Below are positions 28,401 through 40,140 of a DNA stretch of 64,000 nucleotides, piece by piece; position 1 is the first letter of the stretch; every line of letters starts with the position of its first letter. A program made the position numbers and the translations under genes. The notes beneath the pieces were generated by a model. It was not told where the DNA came from. It saw only the letters and a list, made by a program, of their open reading frames with translations, and ran no database searches. The stretch comes from Euglena gracilis (taxonomy: Eukaryota). The stretch lies in the NCBI GenBank assembly GCA_039621445.1, contig CP154954.1, positions 29,521,411 through 29,585,410 on the forward strand, read 5' to 3'.

Positions 28401-31400
28401 GTGGGGGGGGTGCTGCTGTGGACAGCAGGCACCATAGCACACGGCACCCCCCCCCCCCGGGGTTGGTAGAAAGAAGCCTGATCCCTGCTCACACCCACCA
28501 AGTTGCATGGGATTGGCAAAGGGCGAGCAGCAGATCTGAAGTACATTGAAGGTGCTGCCCGTCGTATTGCAACGATCAAGGATGGTTCAGCCACACAGTG
28601 TGGCGACCTGGAATTGATCCTGGTCTGAAGTGGATCCATTTTTTAAACAAGCAAGTGACCAAATTTGCACACCCTCTTTGCATGAAACCCTGGGGGTCTA
28701 CATTGTCCAAATATTTACTGGCCCCCAACGATTTTGTTGACCTTCCAGCTTTTCAAAAAAAACATGTTTTTTGAACCTTGAAAAAGAAAAGTGTAAAATG
28801 TCGTGTTTTTGAAAAACTTCTTTTTGCTTTTTTTTTTTAAAGAAGAAGCCAAAATGTGGCACGCAGCTTCGCTTGTCCAACCTCCCCCCCCCCAGGGAAA
28901 TTGCCCTCCCTGGGAAACTGTTATTTAAACCCCGTACTCGCCAAACTGTCACCGAATTTTTTCCCAGAAATTTTGACGCTTTCTCACGGAAGGTGAAAGA
29001 TTGAGTGGACCTCATGCATAGAATTTGACCACGGAAATTTGAAGGGAAATCGCATCTTTTGGACTTCTGGGTCAGTGGGGGATTTAAAAAATTCTCCTTT
29101 TTACTTCTGACCTCCCCCGTGAAACTGTTACTTACCTCCGTATTTGCTGACAGTTTCCCGGGGGGATAGATGCCCAAGAGGTTATTATTGGGTTATTTTT
29201 TTCCTCCAGTGCTTTGCAGAGAGTATTTTAGACATATTTTGCACAGCATTGCCCCAAGCCACACGTTTGACCAATTGGGGCAGGGGATTCTTTCCCCTGT
29301 TACGTACAGCGTGGTACGCTATATGCCTGACAAAATCAGTAACTCCTTTCAAGAGGGGAGGCAAGCTTGGAAGGACACCAGGGGTTTTTTTTAGTTGTGG
29401 ACCCCCGGGGGGGGGGGGGGGGGGGGTGTCCGGCCGAGCCCCCAGGGGGGGATATACTTTTTGGCGCCAAAGGCGCCAAACATATTTGAAAAGGTGCTAT
29501 TTTTAGCACTTTTTGCGATTTTTGGCCATTTTTTGTGGGTCCCCCAGGACCCCCCAGGGGGTGGGTGGGTGGGGGGGGACCCCCCCCCCCGGTCTTAAAT
29601 AAATCCCCTGAAGGACACCCCTCTCTGCGGGAGGGGGTTGGGTGGGTGGGGGCCATACCATTGCCAAGGGTGTGCTCCCCCCCCACCGGCCGGGGGGTGA
29701 CTGACTGGTTTTTTCGGAGTGACTGGCTAGTTTTTGGCTCCTGTGGGGGGAGGTCTGTGCATAACGGAAATCGGCCGAACAGCAAGGGTGGTGGGTGGGT
29801 GGGGTCGACCACCCCCACCCCCGACAACCTGCATGGCGGGTGAGGGGGGGGGGGGCGCCCCCCCCCCACCACCTCTTCCCGTATTTCCGGGAGCACCAAT
29901 TTTTGGACCGGAAAAAAATTTTCCGGCGCCGGGTGTTTTTTTTTTATCCATTTTGGGACCCATATAGGAGGTCCCCACCCAAAAACCACCCAAACCCCCA
30001 TTTTTTCACACCTTCCAAAAATTCAACATTTTCTGAAAATGTTGATTTTGAGAGGTTTTTGAAGCAAAAAATGCCATTGAAAGGTCAAAAAATTTCAACG
30101 AGAAAAAATGTCAGTAAAATTTGACTGTGCCAAAATTTTGTCCACTTTTTTTGACCTTCGTTTTTTTCACCCCCCTCCTAAAAACTACCAATTTTTAACC
30201 TTAAATTTTTGAGATTTTTTGTGAAAAAAAATGTGGTTTTCCATCATAAAAATCATATGTTTTGGGTTCATTTTTCAAAAAAAAATCAAAAATCTTCCCG
30301 TCCAATATCCCCGTTTTCCTGAAATCGGTGAAAATGCTGTGGTGGGTGGGGGGGTCGACCCCCCCCCCCACCAGGCCTTCCCATTCTGCCCTGCGGTGGT
30401 TGGCCAGGATTGGCCGACGTGGCCACCTGGCGCCAAAGGCGCCGGAAATTTCTTTTTTGACCAAAAATGTTTTGATTTTTGGCCAATTTTGGCCGAGTAG
30501 CCAAAGTGACCAACCCCCTTCCCCAGGAAGGAGGTGGGAAGTGGGTGACTGGTTTTTGAAAAGTGACAGATTGGTTTTTTGAAAGTGGACCAGGGCGGGG
30601 GGTCGGTAAACAATGGTATGGTCCGGTCCCTTTTGTGGGGGGGGTGTCCCTGCGGAAGCTTGGGCATAGGTTCCAGAGAGAAGCACCAGAAAAATGTGGG
30701 CAAGGCGGTCCCCTGCTGGGCTGGGTGGGGGGTCTTTAAAAGAAGCCGGGAGAGCAGTGCAAGTGGTCAGCAATCCATGGCCCCTCCGAAGGGAGGATTT
30801 TTATGCAGAAAAAATCCTCCTTGCAAGGACTGTGAAGTCTGGCAACAAGGTGGTTGTGGAGAAGTCCACGGTGCCTGTTCGCTGCAGCGTTGCCATTGAG
30901 CGAGTCTTGAAGGCATGCAGTGCTGATCAGGGTTTGACGTAAGGAGGTCGACCGCGCACCGTTTTGAACAATAGCCTTTTGTAACGATCCCCCCACTTTG
31001 CGCCTATTGCATGCAAGAAGCTCTGGGAGTGTGGAAGCTGAGTCACATGAAAATGAAATGCGAGCGGATGGACTGCTTCTAAGCAGAGGAGGGCACCATA
31101 AGGAACCTCCATGACTTTTCTTTTGATGATTGCCTCAAAAAACCCCTATCTGCGATCCACATAGGTGCGTGCTCCACTCTGGCAACGACCCTCTCTGATT
31201 CAACCCCCCCCCCATTCCTGACGACCCACAACGACCCATTGTTGTAATCATTGGTTATACTCTTTTCACATGTTTTGGGCATTAGAAATGCTCTCCACTT
31301 TCCTTGATCGCCCCTCTTTCCCAAATCATGTGTCAAGTCCAACAAAAATCACGAATATTGAGAACCAAACCTGGATTTTGAAAGCAGGTTGGCAAATTTA

Positions 31401-34400
31401 GCAGCACATCACTCCAGAATTAGGATTATGAAAATTATGGCAAAGAAGCATCTGGAAATTTTCTGGGTGTTTTACCAAAACACCCAGAAAATTTGTTTGT
31501 TGTAATTTGTTGCCCTACACCCAGGGAGTTGAGTTACCCCCATCCATTGGCCATGGGTTTGCTCCATTGTGTCACTGTTGTGTGCCGCTGATGGGGTGTT
31601 TGACTCCCAAATTATGTTCTTGTCGATCCCTGGTGCTGACACCTCTGCCACATTTGAAGTACTGTCAAACCCAGAACACACCAGTACTCCCATTTTTTTT
31701 CGCCACCATTTTTCACCGGTCATCCGTTTCTCAAAAGTTGGTTCATGACAATACTGGTCCATTTTTTATCCCACCGAGGGATGCCTTGTCAGAGTCAACA
31801 CACCACATCGGTGTCATCAGTCTGAGTGCTGACGTGCTGGCGAGTTTCTTGCCGAGGGGACAGCCATTGAGGATCTTCTGAAACCCGACCGTGTGTTGAT
31901 CAGGCATTATTTTGCATATATCTTTTACGTATGCTATATAATATACATATATATATATATATCATGTATTATATATGCTTATTTTAGGGTCAAATTTTTT
32001 CCAACACTTTTAGGCATTCTAAGGAATTTTAAGGCACAATTTTCCAGGGTGGTCCATGGGCGATCCGGGCATCGAACCAACGTTTTTGATTTCGCACGTG
32101 GTCCAAAATCAAGGAAAGTCGAAAAACGCAGTTTTTGAGTTTTGGTTGGATAGACAATGTTTCAGCGATGCCAGAGATCATTTTTCATCCCGAAGTCGGC
32201 CTGTTTTTGCCGAGATTTTGCGTTTCATTTTTGCTTGGTCGGAGAAGATTCTGCTGGTCTCATTTCTTAAGGCGTTTTAACGCATTTTAAGGCATTCTGG
32301 CCAAAATTTAAGGTGTATATTTAAAGTATTTTAAGGTTTTTTTTCAAGGCACCTTTAATGATGATAATAATTATAATAATGCCTGGCGCTGATCGGTGGG
32401 TCTCAAACACCCAGCGGGCAGAAGGCCTGTGAGCTTCTCTGCTCTGTCTATGCACGATGGGTGCCGCACAGCTGATTTTGGTTGCACATAGTTTCATTTC
32501 AACTTCCATTTCCATCCATTGATGGTTTCCAGTTTGTGTGTTTCTTTGAGCCCAGGTCCCCTTTTTTGTGTTGGTTTTTGGACAGCTCATTGTGAATCCT
32601 TGTTTATTTTTGCCTTTTTAACAGCTCCCAAAAATCCTAAAAAACCAAATATATATATTTTTCCTGGACACCCAACATGTTTAAACAAAAAAAAAATCTT
32701 GTGATGGATGTTTGCACTGCTCAAAAAACGAAAGGTTTTTTTTTGAGAAATTGCATGAACATATTTTCTGCATTTCAACACGTTTTCAACAAAAATCCTC
32801 CAAGGCGGATGATAATTGGGTAAAGGTTTTCAAAAAGTTAACTCCAAATGTTGAATGGTTCTGTTTTTTAATTCTTTTTTCTGTTAATCTTTTTGTCAAC
32901 CTTGTTTTGCTCAATTTTGGAGAAGATTGGAACAAAATGAGTATGATTTTTGAAGAAAAAAAGACAATTCTCAGAGACATTTTAAATGGACACAAGAGGA
33001 CAACTTTTTGCAAGGATGCTTTTGCTGTCTGCAGTGTAATTACGCGGGAAAAATTTCTGCCCGGTGCTTCGTGCTCTTGCTGGAAAGGCGGTAATTCGGA
33101 CCCTCCACAAAAACAGTGGGGGCAATGCCTGGAGGGGGGGGGGGTTCCCCCCAGTGCCTGCCATTATATCAAACCCGGGAGGGGAGCTCCGTTCGTGGTG
33201 GCACACCCTGCTGCAGCCCTGCCCAGGGATAGTTGGGAAGCCCTTTGGTTTTGAGGTAGGTGGTTGGGGGGTTTGGACCCCCCCCGTTGTTGGAGGGGTG
33301 TTCAGCATGGTTCAAAAAATAGCTGTTTTCCTTCCGGCACTGCACTGGAAAGTGAATAATTTTCACCTTCTTCCTCACTTTTGAGCATATTGCCCACCCA
33401 TTTTGGGATGTTTTGATGTCTTCCACATAAAAAAACGGTCAAAAAGTATTTTTTGGGGGTTTGGTCTATTTTCAAATGGAATCAGGGATTTTCCAACAAT
33501 TTTGGACTGGTATCCGTACTTTTGCCCGTCCACAAACTGAAAAAAAAATTGGTCCTATTTCAGTGACGAGGTTGGAGGGAGGGAGTCCGACCCCCCCCCC
33601 CGCCCCTCAAGGCCTCCCATGTCCCTGGCCCTGCCCCTGACAATCTGATGATGATGGCCGGGATTTTTCATTTTGCAATTCTGGTCCTGAGTGGGCGCGC
33701 CAGTCCCCCTCCCCCCAAGGTCAGCTGCCTCTGCGGGAGCGGATCCTGACCACCAACCAGTGGTCCAGCGAGCTCAGCAAGCTCACCGCCAACGCGTTTC
33801 TGGCGCAGCGCATCTCCTCCATCAACTCCATCTCCGCCGTCTGCGAGGCCACTGGGGCGGACATCGACGAGGTCGCGTTCGCCATCGGCCGGGACTCTCG
33901 CATTGGCCCCAACCGGGCCGATACTGTCGATACAACACAACACAACACAAGGCAACTCAACCCAAAACACCACACCACACCACACCACACCACATTACAA
34001 CACAGCACAGCACAGCACACACACCTGTCCAAGTGGGTTGAAGCCAATTTCCCTGGTAGGTAGGGCCATTCGTTGGGGATTGCCAAGGTTGCCAGCGTTG
34101 CCCAGGTTGGGGCAATGCTGGCCTTTGTATCGGGCAGTGGTGGCCCTATGGGAGTTGGTGAAAAAACACCTCTCCCTCCAGCGGTGTGCAGGTTTTTTTT
34201 GTTCAAACCGCGCCGTCGTTTTGTTGGTTTGTGTTGCACAAAAAAGGGCGTTCACACCAGAGTTGCAACACATTTGCCACAGGAGACAGGATTACCCAAC
34301 AAATTAAAATTTTAAAAGCTCCGGGGTTTACTTCTTAAAAAAGTGACGGGCCCACCCCAAAATCCCAGTGACTGCTGTCTGAAACGTTGTCATGGACAGG

Positions 34401-37400
34401 CACCCAGAAGCCAGAAACCCCGGATCTTAACACAGGACCTGCCTGGCCGGAAGTTTCTCAAGGCGTCCGTTGGATTCGGTGGCTCCTGCTTTCAGAAGGA
34501 CATCCTGAACCTGGTCTACCTATCCAATTCTTTGGGGCTGCACGAGGTGGGGGATTATTGGTACAGCGTGGTGACCACCCCTTCGCTGAGACATTTTTTT
34601 CACTGCACTGGCAATTGCCAGGAATTCCTTCGCCAGCCAGATCCTCCAACAACATGGCCGTCAACAATTCTAGAAAATTGAATTTTCTTCTTCCCATCAG
34701 GCTTTTCTTTTTAAGTGAGGTGCCGACCCCACGGGGGGGGGGGGGGGTGCTGGGGCAGGCACCAGGCTTGTGCTTAGTCGGGTGCCAACCCCACGGGGGG
34801 GGGGGCGGGGGGCAGGCACCCCATAGCCCCCGAGCCCCCCCCCCCGGGGGGGGGGGGTAGGGTTTTGGGGGGTGCCTGCCCCTAGCAGGCACCCCCCTCC
34901 GACCCCGGCGCCTTCGGTGCCGGGGGCCCGGAAAAGGCCATTTTCAATGAAAATTTTCTGGGTCCCCCCCCCCTGGACCCCTCTCCCCCCCGGGCGGGGG
35001 CCGCCTGCTAGGGGCAGGCACGCTATAGCACCCCCCCTCCCCCCCCCCGGTTGGTAAGCACAAGCATGGCAGGCACCAAATAGCACCCATAGGGGGGTCC
35101 CCCCTCCGACCCCAGCGCCGAAGGCATCGGGGGCCCGGAAAAGGCCATTTTCAATGAAAATTTTCTGGGTCCCCCCCCCGCACCCCACCCTATAGCACCC
35201 CCCCCCTCCCTCTGGTCGGTAAGAAATAGTCTGCTTCCCATTTTTCAACCTTTTTCCCCACAGCACAAAGTTGTCCAGGAGTTTTGAGCCTTTTTGAAAC
35301 GGATCGAAAGTGCACCGAGTTCCACTTCCTGTTTCAGCGCAGGAGTGGAAGCAGCGATGAATGACTATCAACGCCGGCGCTTTGTGGAGATGATCGTGCG
35401 GACCATGTTTGACACAGTGACCAACAAGAAGATTGCAGTGTTGGGCTTTGCCTTCAAGAAGGACACGGGCGATACGCGGGAGAGCTCCGCCATTCCAGTG
35501 TGCAGCTCGCTCCTGGATGACGGAGCACTGGTCCACTGCTACGCCCAGGGACACGGTGCCAAGTTGTGTCACCACCTGTTTTTTTTGTTATTCCGAAGAT
35601 GCTTTTTAAACCCCCCCCCTGCCCACCAACCCCCCTGTATACTGACCACCCCTGGTCGGGATTGCAGGTCAGGGGGTGCGTGCGACACCCACCCCCTGGC
35701 CAGGGGTTTGGGTTACCTAAAAAAAAAAAGCTTTACAGAAGCAGGGGTTTTGGCACTTTGGTTGTATGACCATCCCCCAGCAGGAGATTGCAGATATGGG
35801 GGTGTGCCACGGTCGGTCGGTAAGGGGCTGGTGGCAGGTTGCAAATTCTGCAAAAATTCGGCACCTTCGCTGACAGGTCGTTTCCTCTGGGGGATATTCT
35901 TTGTCATTGGACCTGTCAGTGGACCCGGGGGGGGGGGGGGCTCCAGTTGGCCAGCACCCTTTTCCCAGACCATCTCATCAACAAGTTTTATTTGTTTTCC
36001 AGGGACTTCGATTTTTTGATTCCACCCCAGCCGAACCCAGTTCCAACCGGGGGACCCCAAGGGGGTCAACCGGTAGCCTTTTCCAACCGGCGTGGGAACT
36101 CTTTTGCTCATTGGAAGCAAAAACACGAGGACAAAAAAAATCTGGCTCCGGCGATTCTCTGACTCACTTTTGTATATTTTGGCCCATTTTGCACCTCCAA
36201 AAGCAAAAAAAACTACGTTCCGAGAGGAAAAATTTTATTGGGGGTTGGGGCAAAAAAAAAGAATCTTTTTTTGGGGGACTGGGGGAGGGCAGAGACTGCC
36301 AAAATTGTTTTTCCCTGTTGTTTCCTTTTCTTGTTGGAGGTGTGGGGATGAAAAAAATAAAATGAAATTCTTCCTCTTTTTGGGCATTGGTGTAGGGGTG
36401 GGGAGGAGTGTGGGGAGTGCAGGGGGGGGGGTGTTGGCGGTCAACCTGCCAAAGAATTTTTTTTCTTTTTCAGATGTAGCTCGCATTCAATATTGGTTAC
36501 CTGTGAGGAGGCTCTGCAGAGCCTCCGCGGAGGCACCCAGGCAACCAGCCTCTGCTGAGGCTCAGGTAACCAGCCTCAGAGATTTGGGTAACCAAAAGTC
36601 AGGATTCCACACAGGGGTTTTTTTAGTCGTGGACCCCCGGGGGGGGAGGGGGGGTAGGGTGGGTGGGTCCAGCCCCGGGGGGGGGGGGTCCCCCTGGAGG
36701 GGGGTGGGATTTCCTTTTCGGCGCCGAAGGTGCCGAAATTTTTTGAAAAGGTGCTATTTTTAGCACTTCTCGCGATTTTTCGGCCATTTTTTTGTGGGTC
36801 CCCCGGGACCCCCCCCCCCCCCCCCGGCCCGGGGGGCGCCCCCAGGGGGGTGGGGACCCCGCCCTCGGTCTTAAAAATCCCCTGATTCCACACTTGCACG
36901 GGCCCCTGCTGGCCCCCCCCTCTTTGGCTGAATTGACGCCCTAATTGCAATAGAGTCCCTGACCCTATTCCTTCAATTAACCACAAATACATTTGATTTT
37001 GGGACTTTTTGTTCATACAATCACAATTTTGATGCAATACAAACTTTGGCCAAAGGTGGTTCTGAAACCTAAACATAGAGGTCGCATGGGCCCACCAAAG
37101 GGTCGGGCCGACCTCTGGATGAAAATCTTTTAAAGGGGGGGGTGATGCAATGGCTTGGCCATGGTTGACCATGGCAGGAAGCCCCCCCCCCCCCGATAGA
37201 AGCGCGGGGCTGCTACAAGCGCAGGGTAAATAAAGGACAATCCAAATCCAAATACACTCACCGCTGCCGAAGGTGGCGGTCCACTACAAACACACCCCCA
37301 TTTGATGAGATTTTGAAAGGAGATCAACAAAAATTGCAGCCAGGGTCCAAATAGAAGCGCACCTAGGCTTCCATTGGGGGATGGGTTTATCCTAGTTGAG

Positions 37401-39993
37401 TGACTCTTGGACCCTGTTGGCCAATCAAACAACGCTTCAACTGCTGCATTGGAATCAGGGCGTCGCTTGATGACCCCCTCCCCCCCGGAGTCCAGCTCAG
37501 AGGCTGGAAAACTTGGACTGGCTGGAAATAGGCTGCTGGCTGACCTCTAAGGGTACTGGAATTGGGTCCATCCTGGGGTCGAACCAGGTGCAAGAAAAAA
37601 TCGAAACTGCAAAAAAGCCCCAGAAGCTGCTAATTACGCAAACAATTGATCTTTTCGACCCCAAAAATTTGCCCTGGCCCCAGGTAACCCCTGGGTTCCC
37701 CCGGAGGTGAGCCGGCCCAAAGCCAACCCATTTTTTTGCCAATTTTTGGCCCACTTTTGAATCAGGATTTTTTTTAAGTCAGAAGATCCGGGTGGGTGGG
37801 TGGGTGGGTCCTGGACCCCCCCCCCCCACCCGGGTCCCGGGCAGGAGACATGGGTATGGGTTTCAGCGCAAAGCGCCGAAAGTTTTTTTCTTAGGGAAAT
37901 GGCCTCAGACGTGTCTGGGGTCCCCCCCCCCCCGCGTCCCACGCCAAGCGGGGTCTTAAAAAGAAGCCTGCCCACCCTGGTTCAAGGCATTTTAAGACTT
38001 TCAAGGCATTTTGGCCCAAAAATTTAAGGCACATTTTAAGGCATTTTAACGTTTTTAAAGACACCTCAAAAAATGATGATGCCTGGTTATGGGCAGGGCA
38101 GGCAACCATAGCACAATGCACCCCCCCAGGTTGGTGAAAATAAAAGCTGCCCCAAGGTTTCCCATACGACCACAAGCCAGGTAAGGCGGTTACCCTTGAC
38201 GTTCCCAACTGGAGTCCTTACCTCTGGGCTACACGAGCCTTGGCACCTATCCCTGCCATGACCCTAAGGTCACTGAGGAGCAAATGCTTCAAGACCTGAA
38301 CGAGGTGGCAGAGGGCAACCAGCACCTGCTGAACCAAATAAAGTCTAATTACCGGATTGAGAAGTCGGCCGTGGAGGCGTGTAAGAATGCCCACGCCATT
38401 GTGGTGTTGGCGAGGGAAGTGCAAATCGCCACCTCACCACCACTGATCAGTTGTTTTTTTGTGTCAGATTTGTTGGGCTTGGGGGCCATGATGTCGGCCC
38501 AAACAAACAGCTCCCACGGTTGATTGTGACCCCGATTGAAGATTGTCCCTGGAAATTTGACTCTCTCTCTGTTCAGCTTTCGCAGAGTCCGCACCAGGAC
38601 GGCGCTGAACCCTCTCACCCGGACGGTTGAACTTCCCTACCGAAGACCGAATGGGACGAGTTCAAGACGCTGGATTACCAGCAGATCTTCAAGGAGATGA
38701 CGAAGCCCGCCTTCCTGTTTGATGGGCGTGGGTACCTGGACCTGAAGGTCAGGCCATTGCTCCGGGTGGGGGATACGATGAACGTCCCTTCTGTGTCCAG
38801 ACCGCATGGTAATACCTCCCCGGCGGCAACTGTCACCCCCTCAACTTTTGGCAACTTGCCAATGGCAAAAAAAAATGCACCAAAGATGGAGTCTTTGGAA
38901 GTTTTTGTTGTTGATCAATCTCTGGATGTACGCATGAACTCGGGATTTGAATGCTCAAGAATGTGCTTGAAGGGATCAAAAGTGTTTTCAAGAGATCGGA
39001 AATTTACAGAGATCGGAAAGTTACTGATTATTCGTCTACCCCAGCGGGCAAATGTCACCCCCTCTGCCCGCCTTTTTGCCGTCCCCCAATTTTTCAGCCC
39101 CCCCCCCCACATCTGCTGGCTAAATTGTTGTGTGACAATTGCTGGGGGGGGGCAAGGTTCAATATACGGAGGGTGTGCGGGGTTTAGGTGGGGTGGGGTG
39201 CCTCCCCTCCTGGAACAGGGGGCCGGACCATGCCATTGCTTAACACCTGTCCAACTACCCCCCCCCCCCCCCCCGGGTGACTGATTGGTTTTTTCAGAGG
39301 GAACTGACTGGTTTTCTGGCCAAGACCCCCCGGGGGGGGGGCAGGCCTGAAAATGAAAAGTGGCTGGCCTGGCACCAAATTTTTTTGGATTTTTTGAGAT
39401 TTCTTGGCAAATGTTCATTGCATATTCAAGAGTGCCCCCCCCCCCCGCCCGGGGGGTAAAGTGACTGACTGGTTTTTCGGAAAAAGTGACTGACTGGTTT
39501 TTTCAGAGTGGAAAGTGACCCCCCGGGTCGCCAAGTAATGGTATGGGTCGGACACCCTCCCCCTGCCAAGGGAGGGGTTCCAGACCAACCCTCCCCCCAA
39601 AAAATCAAAAAACATAGTTTAATTTTCCTTCTGACACTTTTCACTTTGCGCTGGAAAATTTTGACAAATTTCGCCCCAAAAAGTGTCCAAAATGACATGT
39701 TTGCCATTTGGGGTTAATTTTTTTTGGGCCGCCGCTTCGCGCTGGCCGAAAACAGTCAGCCGGACTGCGCCACTGTTTAGGTGGGGGGGCACCCCACCTC
39801 CCCCCTCCTGCACCGGAGGGGAGGTCCGACCCCCCCCCCCGCCTTTATATCAAACCCTGGGGGGGGGGGGCAGCCCTCTCCAGAAGTTTCCCGCACGGCT
39901 GCGTGGAGAAGCCGCGGCCTGGAGCCGGCCCTGCGGGAAATCGGCTTTGATGTCTTTTCCATCGGCCGGACAAAGGCCCAGCGGTACAATTGA
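22458..39993 (+). CDS. UGDH: UDP-glucose 6-dehydrogenase, complete copy 2 (13 exons, 475 aa)
   Basis: Manual join: 22458-22544, 25625-25812, 28493-28573, 30828-30924, 31638-31676, 31845-31897, 32391-32465, 33733-33910, 34451-34572, 35353-35542, 38260-38408, 38645-38746, 39927-39993 = 1428 nt, open throughout. The translation has the UGDH hallmarks [11 protein letters not shown] (Rossmann), [86 protein letters not shown] (catalytic Cys), [30 protein letters not shown] and KPAFLFDGR. Confidence 0.96.
22545..25624 (+). other. Nonconventional intron 1 of UGDH copy 2
   Basis: tgaCAGGGTTTC...GAAGCCCTGtgaca. CAG at +4, CTG at -8, 9-bp terminal stem with one G-U pair. Removal joins FKCP to DVKV. Confidence 0.88.
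28574..30827 (+). other. Nonconventional intron 3 of UGDH copy 2 (copy 1: 5880-8140)
   Basis: gatCAAGGA...TCCTTGcaag; 7 nt outside the stem; joins ARRIA-T-TVKSG. Junction ambiguous by 1 nt. Confidence 0.82.
30925..31637 (+). other. Nonconventional intron 4 of UGDH copy 2 (copy 1: 8238-8949)
   Basis: gatCAGGGTTTGAC...GTCGATCCCTGgtgct; the stem is flanked by gtgctgat and gtgctgac. Confidence 0.88.
31898..32390 (+). other. Nonconventional intron 6 of UGDH copy 2 (copy 1: 9210-9702)
   Basis: gatCAGGCATTAT...ATAATGCCTGgcgct; perfect 10-bp stem; joins DRVL to IGGSQ. Confidence 0.9.
34573..35352 (+). other. Nonconventional intron 9 of UGDH copy 2 (copy 1: 11888-12669)
   Basis: gacCACCCCTTCGCTGAGACA...TGTTTCAGCGCAGGAGTGgaagc; 18-nt imperfect stem with CAC/GTG in place of CAG/CTG. 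Confidence 0.88.
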
Positions 39994-40105
39994 GCACTAT
40001 CTTTATCCATCTGCCCCTGATGGTGTCCGCTCATTCCGACGTCCCCTCTCACCGGACTGCCCCTCTCAGATGGGGAAGGCTGCATGTGTGTGGGTGTGGG
40101 TGGGT

Positions 40106-40140
<35 letters not shown>

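Noticed and set aside
2922-39993. Interpreting UGDH as a fragmented pseudogene disrupted by transposons
   Set aside because: The exons join into an uninterrupted 475-aa protein with the catalytic motifs intact, and the junctions follow a consistent rule.
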